Shown here: piece by piece, positions 26,816 to 39,503 of the stretch
Position numbering within the stretch: the stretch's first letter is position 1
How the letters are laid out: every line of letters starts with the position of its first letter
From: Catajapyx aquilonaris
Lineage: Eukaryota
DNA length: 64,000 nucleotides
Direction of reading: 5' to 3'
NCBI GenBank assembly: GCA_000934665.2
Contig: KZ538253.1
Coordinates: 1-64,000, forward strand
The notes under the pieces: generated by a model
Told to the model about the DNA's origin: nothing
What the model saw: the letters and a program-made list of their open reading frames with translations, nothing else
The model's database searches: none
Made by a program: the position numbers and the translations under genes

Positions 26816-27685
26816 TATCCCAAAAACACTTCCTACGGAATTAAAAAGAAAGAAAGTAAGAGCTAGGTGACGGATAGAAATTACTTAAACAAGACGGGGC
26901 CGCGTAAGAGCTACACCATAAGGGTAAACGTTACCCAGAGGTCTTACTTACGCATTATACGAAATTAAATAAATAGATGGTGTTGGTCAAGGCCTGGTCA
27001 AGGCATCAGTGCTCATGGAGCCGTTCACCAACCCCTCGTGTAAGTAAGTCCATGTTTCGACGCAGCATGACACGGCATCCAACACCTAGTCTCAAAACTG
27101 TCTCGAGGCCGGCAGTTCATCTCGAGGTATCCTATAGCTCTCGCACTCTGTTCAGGTGCTTGCTACCAATCTGTCGATCTGCCAGGTTGCAGATCAACTT
27201 GTCATCTGCCTCAAGTTTAATATTATTGTCTGCTGGCATGAAGACAGAAGCATGCGATTGTTGAATTTTTTGTTGTTGTCGATTGTTTGGTTGTTCTGCA
27301 GGTACATCATTCTATTTCCCGGGGTTCGATCCGCATTGTTTTATGAGCTTGTTTGTAGAAAAGTTAATTGAATGGTTGAGAAGCTGGTGATTGTTGATTG
27401 ATTGGCTGTATGGTTAAGATGAGCATAAATGGATGGTTGAGATGAGCACATATAATGATTAAATTTGTTACATAATATAGATGCATTAGATGCAGCGACA
27501 TTTGCATACACCAACTATTTATTTTATTTCGTAAAATGCGTAAGTAAGACCTCTGGGTTACATTTACCCTTATGGTGTAGGCTAGCTCGTACGCGGCCCC
27601 GTCTTGTTTAAGTAATTTCTATCCGTCACCTATAGCTCTTACTTCCTTTTTTTTTTTAAATTCCGTAGGAAGTGTTTTTAGGATA
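26816..27685. mobile_element. Element with about 165-bp inverted repeats (DNA-transposon derivative)
   Basis: 26816-26982 is the reverse complement of ~27508-27685 (e.g. GGTGACGGATAGAAATTACTTAAACAAGACGGGGCCGCGTA). Confidence 0.75.
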
Positions 27686-28049
27686 ATTGCAGCTATTTTT
27701 TTGACAAAGGAACTTGAACATGTAGTGTAACTAATAATTAATGTACAAATTTGTTTTAAAGGGATGCAAAATGCAATGTTTATTTAGGGAAAATTATTTT
27801 TGAAGTGTTTAGTAAATGGCATTAAATTAATGGATTACATTTAACTATTTCTATTGTTTGCAGGTTCCGAAGGATGGGTTTGAAGGCGAACGTTAATTAA
27901 TGCTCAGGTTTTTAACGAATGATAATAAGGAATGAAATGGCGTTAACAGAAAATTATCTTTAATTTATTCAGAGAGAATGTAGACAGATGTGGACACAAG
28001 CCTCTTCAAAATATTATTATAGTATTGAAGGGAAAGAAGTAAAATCATG

Positions 28050-28555
28050 GTAAGGTTCTCAAGGTTAATATTCCGTATATTTTAATGCATTTCATAATTA
28101 AACCAGCCTAATAGTCGTCCGGCAGTTCTAGAATTTCGATTTTTTTTCACCGATCTTTTTGGAAATTAATTTTGGGACTTCTAGAGGAGGAAAAGGGTTC
28201 CAAACACATTCATAGCCTTTTCAAGAAGTAAGTGTAGCTGTTATTATTTTGTAAAATATATTGTCCTTAACTTCAGAGTACGTGTAAGGGCAAATCTTAT
28301 ACAGGCGTTAGCTTAACGGTTGGCCAGTAGTACTTGAATTTAAAGTTATTACTTTTGAATGTTGATTTAGGTACTTCTAGACGATGAAACTGGTTCCAAA
28401 CACATACATAGGGACATAGGGTAGAGAATGAACATGTAAGTATAGATGTTATTATTGGTAAAATAAGCAATATTATTTTTTAACTTCAGAGTATACATGT
28501 AAGTTTAACAGAAACGAAAATCTAGGCGATGGCGGTATAGCTGGAGTTCAAGGGT
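28050..28555. mobile_element. Right half of the piggyBac-like element upstream of GR-A3
   Basis: Homologous to ~17728-18228 and ends CTAGGCGATGGCGGTATAGCTGGAGTTCAAGGGT-TTAA. Confidence 0.7.
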
Positions 28556-28840
28556 TTAAAAGATTGATCTGTGTCTCCATGGTCTCTATAGGGAGCTTGG
28601 ATGCATGCTATTTGCTATGCTATGAAAAAGTACGTAATACCAGGAACAAAATAGGGAACGCCCCATAAGTAGGCTCTTAATATGTATGCGACGTCGGAAC
28701 TGTATAAGGCCATTGATTATACCAGGCTCGCAATGTGAGTGGGAAGATGTGCACTATAGTGACGCATATTCTATATTGTGTCCGTCGTTAAAATGTCACG
28801 TGGACAATGTATCAGAGGTTACGATATTCGTCGGACACAA

Positions 28841-30643
28841 ATGGACATTCGCCAACTGGACATGGGGACTCGGACGTGGCTGCAGGATAAGTCACATCTG
28901 AACATCAAAAAGACTGAACCTGCTGGCAGACATGTGCCACCTGTTTTTCAGGTAAGTTAGTTGTCTCATCTCCTTGCAAATAGATGTTTTATTTATTTAT
29001 TTAGTTAGTTATTTATTTATACCACATTGGGAGTATCGGCGCTCCATTAGAGGGGTGGAGTACCACCATTGGATGGGGCCAAGGATAGGGAAGGAAGGAA
29101 GCGGATGTGGCCTATTATACGGAAACAACCCCGGAATCCTCCGGGTGGGGGGGGGGGACCGGGAAAAACCACAGAAAACAACGGTCCGCGTTGCCGGCCC
29201 TGGATTCGAACACAGGACCTCCCGCTTCGGTTTTAAAAATACATGTTAAAATTTGACATGAAATGGTGTTACATTAGTCAAAAAAATTGTTTCACAGGTG
29301 AGCCCATATCATCATGACCAGTCGCAAAATGTGAACCTTGGAAATCGCTCCGATGACTGCATCATCTCAGCATTGACTCCCATTATACGTCTGTCTGCTA
29401 TATTGTGCACTTTCCCAATACAAATCGACAAAGACAACAGATTAGTTCTGTGCTGGAAATCTGGAAGGACCTACATCTCCATTCTGTTGGTACTTGTGGC
29501 CATGTTACACGGTGGATTCCAGCTATGGAATGCGGTCGACCAGGTTGGGTCCAATGCCCGTACCTGGGACATTGCAGCAGTGTTGCCCTGGATACTTGGG
29601 GAAACATCGGTCTTGGCATTCTGGATGTTCATTGCTTTCAAGAACAGAGGCATCAATGAGACGCTTGATAAAATATACACTTATAACACAAGGAACAGGC
29701 AGAGAGCGAACATTCCCATAAGCTTCCTTCGCGGAGCATATGGTCTCTATGGGACTCTGACATTAATGTCCTCTGTAGGAATAGCCTACAACTACTGGAA
29801 CACTCCAACAGCCCGTGTCTTCTGGCCGAGTCTTTTCCCGGGGAAGGAAAATCTGACGTTCATTCCAGGACTGGTTTTTTACGTGTGGCGATGCATAACT
29901 TTGATGATGAGCTTTGGGATGCTGCAGATATCCATGGCTGTCACGGCTAAGAAAATCGACATGGAGTTCCAGGCACTGAATCAGCGGATACGTGATCTTC
30001 TGGTGACATACTCCACGGACAGAGGTACTCTTCCTCTTATCACCACCGGACAACCTCAAAAGGTCGGGGACAAAACCGATATTTTTTTCAAGTAAGTTGT
30101 AAAATGTTGACAAAATATTGTCTGTGTATTATGGAACAACCTGCATTATTTTACAGGAAGCACCAGGGCGACTGGTATGTTGACGACTTTTTGCTTGATG
30201 GTTTGAACCAGCACCATCAGCTTCAAGAGGTGACCCACCACATGAGCCAGACCTTCGGCTACATCCTATTCTACACCCTGGGCCTGTCCTTGGCCGTCAT
30301 TACTCTCTTCTTGTACGTGGCTTACGTAGCTGTCCGCAACTCCAGCAGCTCGTGGCCACTCTTCTTATTCAACTCAGTCAACTTCATCGCACAGTTGACC
30401 TTCCTGATGCCTGTCTTTCACAGCGTCCATCGCTCTGCCTCCGAGCTTGGGAACCTTTTCCAGGACGTGCTGGGCTCACTGCATCCAGTGACTCTCCTGA
30501 GGGTCACGTACTTCCTGCAGAACCTCCAGGTCAATCCTGTAGGAGTCTCGGCAGGAGGGTTCTTTATCATCACGCTCTCCACAATGCTCACCTTCGGGGC
30601 GACTGTTGTCACGTACCTTATAGTCATGTTTCAGAGCTCATAA
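28841..30643 (+). CDS. Gustatory receptor GR-A3, about 463 aa; exons 28841-28951, 29298-30091, 30157-30643
   Basis: Intact in-frame paralog ending TFGATVVTYLIVMFQSS. Confidence 0.87.
28987..29230 (-). mobile_element. SINE family 1 in intron 1 of GR-A3 (tRNA head partly deleted)
   Basis: Same position and sequence as the A2 intronic SINE. Confidence 0.8.
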
Positions 30644-31105
30644 TTTAATAACTTATCTGACCTCAACTTTGCGCATAACAATAATTATTGACCACGATGA
30701 CATTCCATTGCATCGTGGTGGAAATTAATGAATTATCACAAGTTTCGCCGCCTGGCGGAGCTTTTCCTATGCATCAAGAAAAAGAAGGCCCTGTGACACG
30801 TCTTGTGCTTATCCATTAATTTCTACCACTGTACTCGTTCCAGCATTGTTTTTAGAGGAATGACGAAGTTGATTTTGGTCCTGAAAATATTATGCTATTC
30901 ACTTCAGTAATAAATGAGTGTAATGTACAGTGCATCACTTTATCAAATTATTCAAGTCCAATGGCTCTGACCTTATACCGACATGTAATCCGGAATGGAT
31001 ATGAATGAAGGCCAACCACCTAACACTAGACCACATGCAGCAATATATGAGAGAGTTATGCCAATAACAATTCATGGCATTTGCGAGTCTTGTCTGGACC
31101 TACCC

Positions 31106-31334
31106 CATGGGGTCACGGGGGTCATGCCCAAACCGTGGGAAGTGAAATATTGTCTAAATTTTAATCTGCACATTCTGTTTTTGGCACTTTTGAATGATAT
31201 TTCGAAAAAGTGCTAACAATTCCATCAAATACTGTACACACGCCCATTCAAATCTCTCACATTCACCTAAGTTCGTGTGACATTGAACCCCCCCCCCCCN
31301 CCCCGCCCAAATCGAAAGTCTGGATCCGCCCCTG
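31106..31334. mobile_element. Copy of the hAT MITE downstream of GR-A3 (left TIR damaged)
   Basis: Same site as 20567-20894. The right TIR GGATCCGCCCCTG and TSD ACCTACCC are retained. Confidence 0.8.
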
Positions 31335-31339
31335 ACCTA

Positions 31340-31413
31340 CCCAAGCAACAATATACTCGTGTACATAAAATAGAAAGTTCTATTTTATGTACACGAGTAT
31401 ATTGTTGCTTGGG
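31340..31413. repeat. Perfect 36-bp inverted repeat with a 2-nt spacer
   Basis: CCCAAGCAACAATATACTCGTGTACATAAAATAGAA-AG-TTCTATTTTATGTACACGAGTATATTGTTGCTTGGG. Confidence 0.92.
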
Positions 31414-33558
31414 TTCAGTCCTTGAAGTGCACAAATACATTTCGCTATAGTTCTATAGCGAATTGCACTTCAAGGACTGTCTTCCTTTTGATAGCTTTCT
31501 AGGCGTGGCCAATAACACTAACGCCCTTTTGTCATAGCCTTTTATTGTCCAAAAAGCGTTGGCGTGTGCAGCGTACTTAACTTCAGAAAAATGTCCTTAC
31601 ACAGAGCCAAAAGAAAAGCTGCTTAGAATATATATCAATGTGCTTCTGCCAAATGCCACATATTTACTTAGAACCTGTCAAAATGATGCATTGTCGATGA
31701 CAACATGGGTGCCACAATAATCATCAATAAACATCCTGATGTCATCATATGTTGAGGTAATAATATTAAATATTTACTAGGAAAATGCGATCGTAGCGAG
31801 GGTTTTCCTAGGGCGCTGGCCTAGAAAACCACTCACTTCTCTCGCTCTTTTCTAGGCCTGCGGCCACAGTATTCCCCCATTAAACATACCACCTATACCT
31901 TGTAAAGTGAAAAGCAAGTTTGTGTTTGTGTAAGGAACTTTCAGGGGAGTGTATTACCAGGCTTATAAGATAACGCAAGTCGAAACCCGGCAGCAAGCCT
32001 AATGGCGCATGACATCATTCTGAAACAAGGAAAAGCAAAAAAATTAGAATAATTACGCATCATCACGACAACAGTGGCAGAAGTTAAAGCAAACATCTGC
32101 ATCAGCATGCTGTCTTTCTTGGTTTGTCAAGCGGAGGTAGCATATTATGTGACAGGTTATGATGTAATTTTCCCTTCAAATTAAATTGTTCATTGTTACA
32201 ATGACGCAAAAATGGATCCGCACAAACTTAATATTACTGCATATTTCACTTACCAGCATTTTTCCAGTGAGTACAAAGCGCCTGACAAAACACGTGTAAA
32301 ATAAAAACTGTGGTGCGGAAAATAAAAGGGGGACGAAGAAGAAAAAAAAACACGCCGGAACGGTTGAAAATACTGCGGTGGTGAAAATAATTAATGCCGC
32401 GGTTAATACACTGCGGGTAAAATAAAAACATCGGTGAAAATATGTGGTGTAAAATTAATAGCGGGTGGCCCCTATAGGAGCTTCCACGGGTAGGAAAGGG
32501 TTGTTCGTTTTATGATGTACAAGTCATCACAGAAGACACAACAATTCCATCCCACATATGTCCTCGCTTCTCTCACTCTCTTTTTCTCTCTCTCTTTGCT
32601 TTGGCTCTAATCGTGTTCAAGAGTGATATTGGAATTCAATATTGAAATACATACTGTAGCTCCTATTAGGTCATGCTGGCAATGTAAAGGAAGGCGTGAG
32701 AAAACTGTCAATCAAGTTGTTTATGCAGAAAGAACACTTGGAATCAAGCAATAATTTATTACATGACAATATATTGCTCCGCCAAAGTCACTTCTGCAAT
32801 ACGAAGTGTAAGTCTTGCATAGTTACATTAGCACGTAGCCTGTGTCTGTCTTGAACTATTGTGCATTGCAGTCATTAAGTGATAGACCTATTGCAATAAT
32901 GACATGCTGTTAATCAGTTTGTGCAACAGCAGTGAGTATGATGTCATCTTGTGGACTGTGATTGTTTCATGTTCCCGAGGAAACACGTGCACTTTCATAT
33001 TTTGTCATTTGAGGTGTCAGGACTCGGGAGTCCTTGACATTATTTTGTCCTGAGTCAGGAACGTATATAGTGAAGTTAAACTATCCGAAAATATCGGTAT
33101 AATTCTGTTGCATGCACACAGCACTTAAAATTATTGCCTGGCATGACCTGAGCATGTCACATGGCCAGCACAATATGCAACACATGTTGGGATTGTTGCA
33201 TAATTCACTTTGCACATTAGGTCAAAGGATAAGCAATTAGAAATTTAATGACTTCATATGCCCGCATGCTTTTAACCACTTGAGCTCCAGCAGCTATACC
33301 TGCCATCGCCTAGTTTTCCGCTTACGAGAACTCTGAAGATACCGACAAGATATTTTACACAAAATAACAGCTATACTTACCCGATCAGGGAAAACACTAT
33401 GAAGGTGTCTGGAACAATTTTCCTCGTCTGGAAGTCTCGAAATTAATTTCCAAAAATATCGCTGCAAAACTCGAAATTCGAGTACTTCCGGCCAACTACG
33501 TGGCTGATTTAATTATGAAATACGTTAAAATGCACGGAATAAGAAAATTGAGAATAGT

Positions 33559-33903
33559 TGGGGAGGTGTAGATGGCCGCGATGGTAACGTCTCGGCTTTC
33601 TGAGTGAAAGGCCCCAGGTTCGATCCCCGCCTGGGGAACTTTCCTTTCACATGCGTCTCACCTGCACCTTGGAGGTGTCTGGCAACCTAACCTCCTGGGG
33701 AACAGCACATGACCCCTTTACCGACATTGCACTTGCACCTATGTTCCCTCCCAAAAAAATTCCTACCCCTACCCTACAGCCTTGACTCCTTGCACCTGTG
33801 AATGAAGAAAAGTATAATATACAAAGAAAACTGATGGTGGTGTGCCACCCCCCTAAAAAGGATCCGCCTTATCACGGGGTAAACGTAAAAAAAGAAAAAA
33901 AAG
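33559..33903 (+). mobile_element. SINE family 2 (same insertion as 23880-24236)
   Basis: Near-identical sequence and the same TSD context AAATTGAG(A/C)A(T)(A/T)GT. Confidence 0.82.
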
Positions 33904-34298
33904 AAAATTGAGCATTGTGCCAGACGAATTTGCTGAAATCGTCGTATTTTGCAAGAAATAAATGATTTCTTTCCTGCTGCTTTCCTGTTACTTCGAAAAT
34001 CTCCCAAATTCATGTATTTCTCGCGAAGTACGACGATTTCAGCAACTTCGTCAGGCAAGGTTCTCATGGTTAATATTCCGTATATTTTTATGCATTTCAT
34101 AATATTAAATCAGCCTAACAGTTGGCAGGCAGTTCTCGAATTTCGTTTTTTTTTTTTTTGACAGCGATCGTTTTGGAAATATTAATTTAGGAACTTCTGG
34201 AGGAAGAAAATTGTTCCAAACACATTCATAGCATTTTCATGGAACGTGTAACTATAGCTGTAATTATTTTGTAAAATATATTGCCCTTATCTTCAGAG

Positions 34299-34665
34299 CA
34301 ACCGAAGCAGTTTGGTGGAGTGGCTATAGGGTCCGACTGCTAATCGGGAGGTCCTGGGTTCGAGCCCCGGGGCCGGAAACTCTAACCGTCGTTTTTCGTG
34401 GTTTCCCACGGTCCCTCCAGAAGAATCCCGGGGTTGCTTCCTAATGAAAAAGGCTATACAGACGCCTATTTCCTTCCCTATCCTATCCCAAAAAGCAAAA
34501 AGTAAACATGTAAGCAAGAGTTCTAGACAAAACAAAAATCCCCTCCTAAAGAGACGAAAAAGGCTGATAACGGGGTAAGATATGATGATTATGATTATGA
34601 TTATGATTATAATTATTATTATTATTATTATTATTATTATCATCATCATCATCATCATCATCATC
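34299..34665 (+). mobile_element. SINE family 1, forward orientation, with (ATG/ATT/ATC)n tail
   Basis: TTGGTGGAGTGG..GACTGCTAATC..GGGTTCGAGCCCC and TSD ATCTTCAGAG. Confidence 0.85.
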
Positions 34666-35212
34666 ATCTTCAGAGTCCGTGTAAGGGCAAATCTAGGATC
34701 TAGGATCATCAGTTAGGGACTTCTAGACGATGAAACTGGTTCCAAACGAACGTGTAGATCATTATTGGTAAAATATATCATTTTTTATCTTCAGATTATA
34801 CGTATATAAGTTTAATAGACACGAAAATTTAGGCGATGGCGGTATCACTGGGGTTCAGGGGGTTAAAAGATTCATCACTGTCTCCTTGGTCTCTAGGGAA
34901 CTTGGATGCATGCTATGCTATGGAAAGGTACATAATACCAGGAACAAAAGAGGCAACGCACCACAAGTAGACTCTATTATACATTACGATTAAAATATGT
35001 ATGCGGCGTCGGCGTAGGAATTGTAATGCCTGTTATTACCAGGCTCGCAACGTGAGTGGGCAATTGTGCGCGAGTGACGCATTATTCGACCCTTTCGGCA
35101 GGTACATTAAAGACGATACATTGTGTCCGTCGTCGTTAAAATGTCACGTGGACAATGGTTCAGAGGCGACGATAATTGATATCAGACACAAATAGGCATC
35201 CGCCAATTGGAC

Positions 35213-37015
35213 ATGGGCACTCGGACGTGGCTGCGGGACAATCTGGACATCAAAAAGTCTCAACCTGGCAGACATGTGCCATTTGTCCTTCAGGTAAGTT
35301 CGTTGTCTCAGCTCCTTGCATGTACATGTTTTATTTACTTATTTATTTATTTAATTATGTCCCATTGGGAGAATCGGCGCTCCATTAGGGGGGTGGAGTA
35401 CCATCATTGGATGGGGCCAAAGGTAGGGAAGGAAGGAGGCGGCTGTGGCATATTATACGGAAACAACCCCGGAATTATCCTGGGGGGACCGTGGAAAATC
35501 ACAGAAAACCACAGTCAGGGTTGGCGGCCCCGGGATTCGAACCCAGGACCTCCCGATTGGCGATCGGGCTCCTTAACCACAATACCAACTTGCTTCGGTT
35601 TTACAAATACATGTTAAAATTTGACATAAAATGGTGTTACATAAGTCAAAAAAAATTGTTTCACAGGTGAGCCCATATCATCATGACCAGTCGCAACATG
35701 TGAACATTGGAAATCGTTCCGATGACTGCATCGTCTCAGCATTGACTCCGATAATACGTCTGTCTGCCCTATTGTGCACTTTCCCAATACAAATCGACAA
35801 GAACAACAGATTGGTTCTGTGCTGGAAATCTGGAAGGACCTACATCTCCATTCTGTTGGTACTTGTGGCCATGTTACATGCTGGATTCCAGCTATGGAAT
35901 GCGGTCGACCAGGTTGGGTCCAATGCCCGTACCTGGGACATTGCAGCAGTGTTGCCCTGGATACTTGGCGAAATATCGGTCTCGACATTCTGGATGTTCG
36001 TTGCTTTCAAGAACAGAGGCATCAATGAGACGCTTGATAAAATGTACACTTATAACACAAGGAACAGGCAGAGAGCTAATATTCCCAGAAGCTTCCTTCG
36101 CGGAACATATGCCCTCTATGGGACTCTGACATTAATGGCCACTATCGGAGTAGCATATAACTACTGGAACACTCCAACATACCATGTCTTCTGGCCGAGT
36201 CTTTTCCCGGGGAAGGAAAACCAGACGTTCATTCCAGGACTGGTTTTTTACGTGTGGCGATCCATAACTATGATGATCAGCTTTGGGATGCTGCAGATAT
36301 CCATGGCTGTCACGGCTAAGAAAATCGACGTGGAGTTCCAGGCACTGAATCAGCGGATACGAGATCTTCTGGTGACATACTCCATGGACAGAGGTGCTCT
36401 TCCTCTTATCACAACCGGACAACCTCAAAAGGTCGTGGACAAAACGGATATTTTTTTCAAGTAAGTTGTAAAATGTTGACAAAATTAATTTTGTTTTTCA
36501 TTGTGGAACAACCTGTGTTATTTTACAGGAAGTACCAGGGTGACTGGTATGTTGACGATTTTTTGCTTGATGGTTTGAACCAGCACCATCAGCTTCAAGA
36601 GGTGACCCACCACATGAGCCAGACCTTCGGCTACATCCTATTCTACATCCTGGGTCTGTCCTTGGCCGCCATGACTCTCTTCTTGTACACGGCTTACGTA
36701 GCTGTCCGCAACTCCAGCAACTCGTGGCCACTCTTCTTATTCAACTCAGTCAGCTTCATCGCACAGTTGACCTTCCTGGTGCCTGTCTTTCACAGCGTCC
36801 ATCGCTCTGCCTCCGAGCTTGGAAACCTTTTCCAGGACGTGCTGGCCTCACTGCATCCAGTGACTCTCCTGAGGGTCACGTACTTCCTGCAGAACCTCCA
36901 GGTCAATCCTGTAGGAGTCTCGGCAGGAGGGTTCTTTATCATCACGCTCTCCACAATGCTCACCTTCGGGGCGACTGTTGTCACGTACCTTATAGTCATG
37001 TTTCAGAGCTCATAA
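35213..37015 (+). CDS. Gustatory receptor GR-A4, about 453 aa; exons 35213-35293, 35667-36460, 36529-37015
   Basis: In-frame paralog with the same disrupted upstream starts as A2. Confidence 0.8.
35328..35598 (-). mobile_element. SINE family 1 in intron 1 of GR-A4
   Basis: Same position and sequence as in A2 and A3. Confidence 0.82.
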
Positions 37016-37906
37016 TTTAATAACTTATCTGACCTCAACTTTGCGCATAACAATAATTATTGACCACGATGACATTTCATTGAATAGTGGTGGAAATTAA
37101 TGAATAAGCACAAGTTTCACCGCCTGGCGGAGCTTTTTCTATACATCAACAAAAAGAAGACCCTGTGACACGTCTTGTGCTTATCCATTAATTTCTACCA
37201 CTGTACTCGTATCAGTTCCAGCAATGTTTTTAGAGTCCATTAATGGAAAATTTGAATTCAATTCAATTTTGAATGGAATTTTGAATTTAATGGGTCCTTA
37301 AGTGCTAAGTAAGATACAAACACATAATTATCCGCGTCTATAACGTCGGGAGCAGTAGGTTATGTTTCAGGTTATACTGACCTGTTGAAATAGCCTATCA
37401 TAACAATCACATACGCAACATGTAATGTACTGCTACTTTTTAACGAGCATAATAAACTGTTCCCTATAAGCAATAAATATCTTAGGCATGTCAGTTTTGG
37501 ACTATAATGGCTGTGAAACATACTGTACCCAACATGGGAATGAAGATATGATTGACATAATTATGAAATTAATAAATGGAGGAATTGAATTACACCTTAT
37601 AAGTTGTCTGCAAGTTATTAAATCTTCAGGCTGGAAGGAATTGATTGGGCAGTCACCATAAGTATGTCGGGAAATACAGAAATACAGGTAGGTATGATAA
37701 CTCATATTTTGCAGCGGCTTTTTCACACTGTACAATTGTTTTATAAGCACTACGTACACGCATCTTAACAACATCATTATGCTTTTTGGAATAAAACAAG
37801 CTCAATGAGCACGTACAATACTGAGAAGAATATAAATGTGCTTGGAATTTGATCTCTTAAAATATTTTAACAAAACAGTAAGTTAACTACAAATAACTGG
37901 GTACAT

Positions 37907-39503
37907 TTTAAGGGCGATAGCCCTTAAGTAAGACCGTAGCATAGATTTCAACAATGTTTCAACAATGAATTTTTCCTACTTGTTCTTCTTCTTCTTCTTG
38001 TTCTTGTTAAGTTTTTTTTTATTCGCCCTAACTCAAGTTTTGCTGTAGGTAGAGCTTCCAAATTTTGAACACAGATCCCCACCGTCGTGACTTGATTTCC
38101 TACCATTTACACTTTTACTTAATCCCTCTTCAAAACGCCGCAAAAAATTTACAACCACCAAAAAATGCGTCTCAATTTTTTTGCTCAATAACTATTCGGA
38201 ATTCGGTTTCTTCGTCAAAGGGCCGCAGGTGCAGTGGGATGGTGCGGATCTATGTTCAAAATCTCACAGTTCCACCTGCTGCAGGATTGGAGCTGTGATT
38301 TTTTTACCTCGTATTTTTTCTGTCATTACTTCATTTGTTCATGACGCCATCACCTAGAAACGTCAGTTGTTGTTTACCACCTCATATATTGTTGTGGGTC
38401 AAAGGAGGACAAGATGAGCGACGCCGAGCCGTACTGTCGCCGTTGGGTTTTCACCCAACTTTAATGTACCTTCGCGTTTTTTGTATCGTCTGGTACAGTT
38501 CTCAATGTATATATTCCGTATATTTTAGCGTACAGGCTATTTCATAATAATTAAATCAGACTAACCGTTGGCTGGTAGCACTCAACTTTCGTTTTTTTAC
38601 GACTGTCTCTGTGAAAATAATTTTAGGGACTTCTAAGCGACGGAAGTCGTCTCCAATGCATTCATAGTGCAGACTGTATAGTGTAGACTCTGTAGAGCAT
38701 AAGTTTAAAGTTACGTGTACTGTCAAAAAAGAACTGAAATTATATCAAAAACTTTCCCTTCAGGAGAAAAAAAGAAAAGTAAGACCTCCGCGGCGGAATG
38801 AAAGTACTGAAACAAGGCAGGCGCATGTAAGACCTTCACCAATTGATTTAGGCTGTACCATAGGTCTTACTCAAGCAATTCTCAAGTCCGGTATGGAACG
38901 GCTCATAAAACGACTGCTGCAAACTACTCAGAGCAGTAGGTAGGATTTTATTATGAAAAGAAAAAAAATGGGGGAAAAACTAAACCCATCCTAACAGACT
39001 CGGTCCAATCGAAAAAGACCCTCTAAAATTCACCAATTAACGTTTATATGTGAAAAATTAAACGTTAGAGTTAAAATCAGCATCTAAAAGGGGGTGCCGA
39101 TTCTGCATGAATGTTTCATGGCAATAATTCTCACTAATCGCATAGAAATTCAATGTGCTTAATATTGAAGTTCCTAATTTCAAAGAACACTAATATGGAG
39201 TGGCTCATGGAAAACTAATACTGCCAACAAGAGCTAAGATACTGCTAACTTAGTAGTACCATTGCACTACACTGGTACTGCTAAGTTAGAAGTAACTAGT
39301 AGTACGACAGAAATTCCACACATTTGTTTTCAGAAAGGAGACTTCATGAGCAGTGAATTGGAAATTGCTTGAGTAAGACCTATGGTACAGCTTAAATCAA
39401 TTGGTGAAGGTCTTACGTGCGCCTGCCTTGTTTCAGTACTTTCGTTCCGCCGCGGAGGTCTTACTTTTCTTTTTTTCTCCTGAAGGGAAAGTTTTTGATA
39501 TAA
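37907..39503. mobile_element. About 1.6-kb insertion whose right part is bounded by ~140-bp inverted repeats (38740-38880 / 39363-39503)
   Basis: It interrupts the sequence GGGTACAT|AACTCGTACG, which is contiguous at ~50992-51010. The arms are near-perfect reverse complements. Confidence 0.75.

Larger units (their letters stand above)
33276..34862. mobile_element. piggyBac-like element upstream of GR-A4 with two nested SINEs
   Basis: TTAA on both sides and the same TIRs as the other copies. Confidence 0.8.

Noticed and set aside
34310..34380. tRNA-like sequences here and at ~21380, ~23885, ~25070, ~33565 and ~35530
   Set aside because: They are SINE heads with bodies, tails and TSDs, and I could not see a complete cloverleaf.
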